A stretch of 64,000 nt of DNA from positions 46,872,001 through 46,936,000 of the forward strand of contig OX597835.1 of NCBI GenBank assembly GCA_951406725.2, given 5' to 3'. Below are positions 63,965-64,000 of this stretch, piece by piece. The notes beneath the pieces are model-generated. The model did not search any database. It worked only from the letters and a program-made list of their open reading frames with translations, and was not told the origin of the DNA. Positions within the stretch are counted from its first letter, which is position 1; every line of letters starts with the position of its first letter. The DNA comes from Octopus vulgaris. Lineage: Eukaryota. The position numbers and the translations under genes are program-made.

Positions 63965-64000
63965 ACTGTTGCATACATGTGTGTGTGTATATATATATAT

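Overview
Animal genomic DNA with no confidently recognisable host gene. It is dominated by microsatellites ((CA)n, (TA)n, (TATG)n, (GATA)n, (CAT)n, (GAA)n) and transposable elements. The SINE and microsatellite profile looks like an octopod cephalopod; this is pattern recognition only and unverified. Nearly all ORFs in the supplied track are translations of simple repeats. Real coding content is all mobile: a full-length mariner pseudogene (14474-15756), several mariner/Tc1 relics, a Penelope-like element with intact RT+GIY-YIG between 303-bp inverted repeats (55157-57337), a 5'-truncated Tx1/L1-clade RT inside a (GATA)n tract (38821-41270), an ORF1-only Tx1-like element (16901-18905), RTE/CR1/R4 fragments, non-autonomous Helitrons and about 25 tRNA-derived SINE pieces. 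Three observations stand out. (1) A 352-bp head-to-tail repeat (58609-59244) in which each unit carries a canonical, extended type I hammerhead ribozyme, i.e. a non-LTR retrozyme predicted to yield a 352-nt circular RNA. (2) A wider set of hammerhead-bearing elements, including a tRNA-headed, hammerhead-tailed SINE-like unit in inverted arrangement (29129-29732). (3) An ORF1-only 'half-L1' element and an independent 46-bp stub, both inserted with 15-16-bp TSDs at the same position of the host's dominant SINE, which suggests a SINE/tRNA-targeting Tx1 system. All ribozyme and targeting calls come from manual base-pairing and alignment and need computational and experimental confirmation. Coordinates of SINE copies and degraded relics are approximate.
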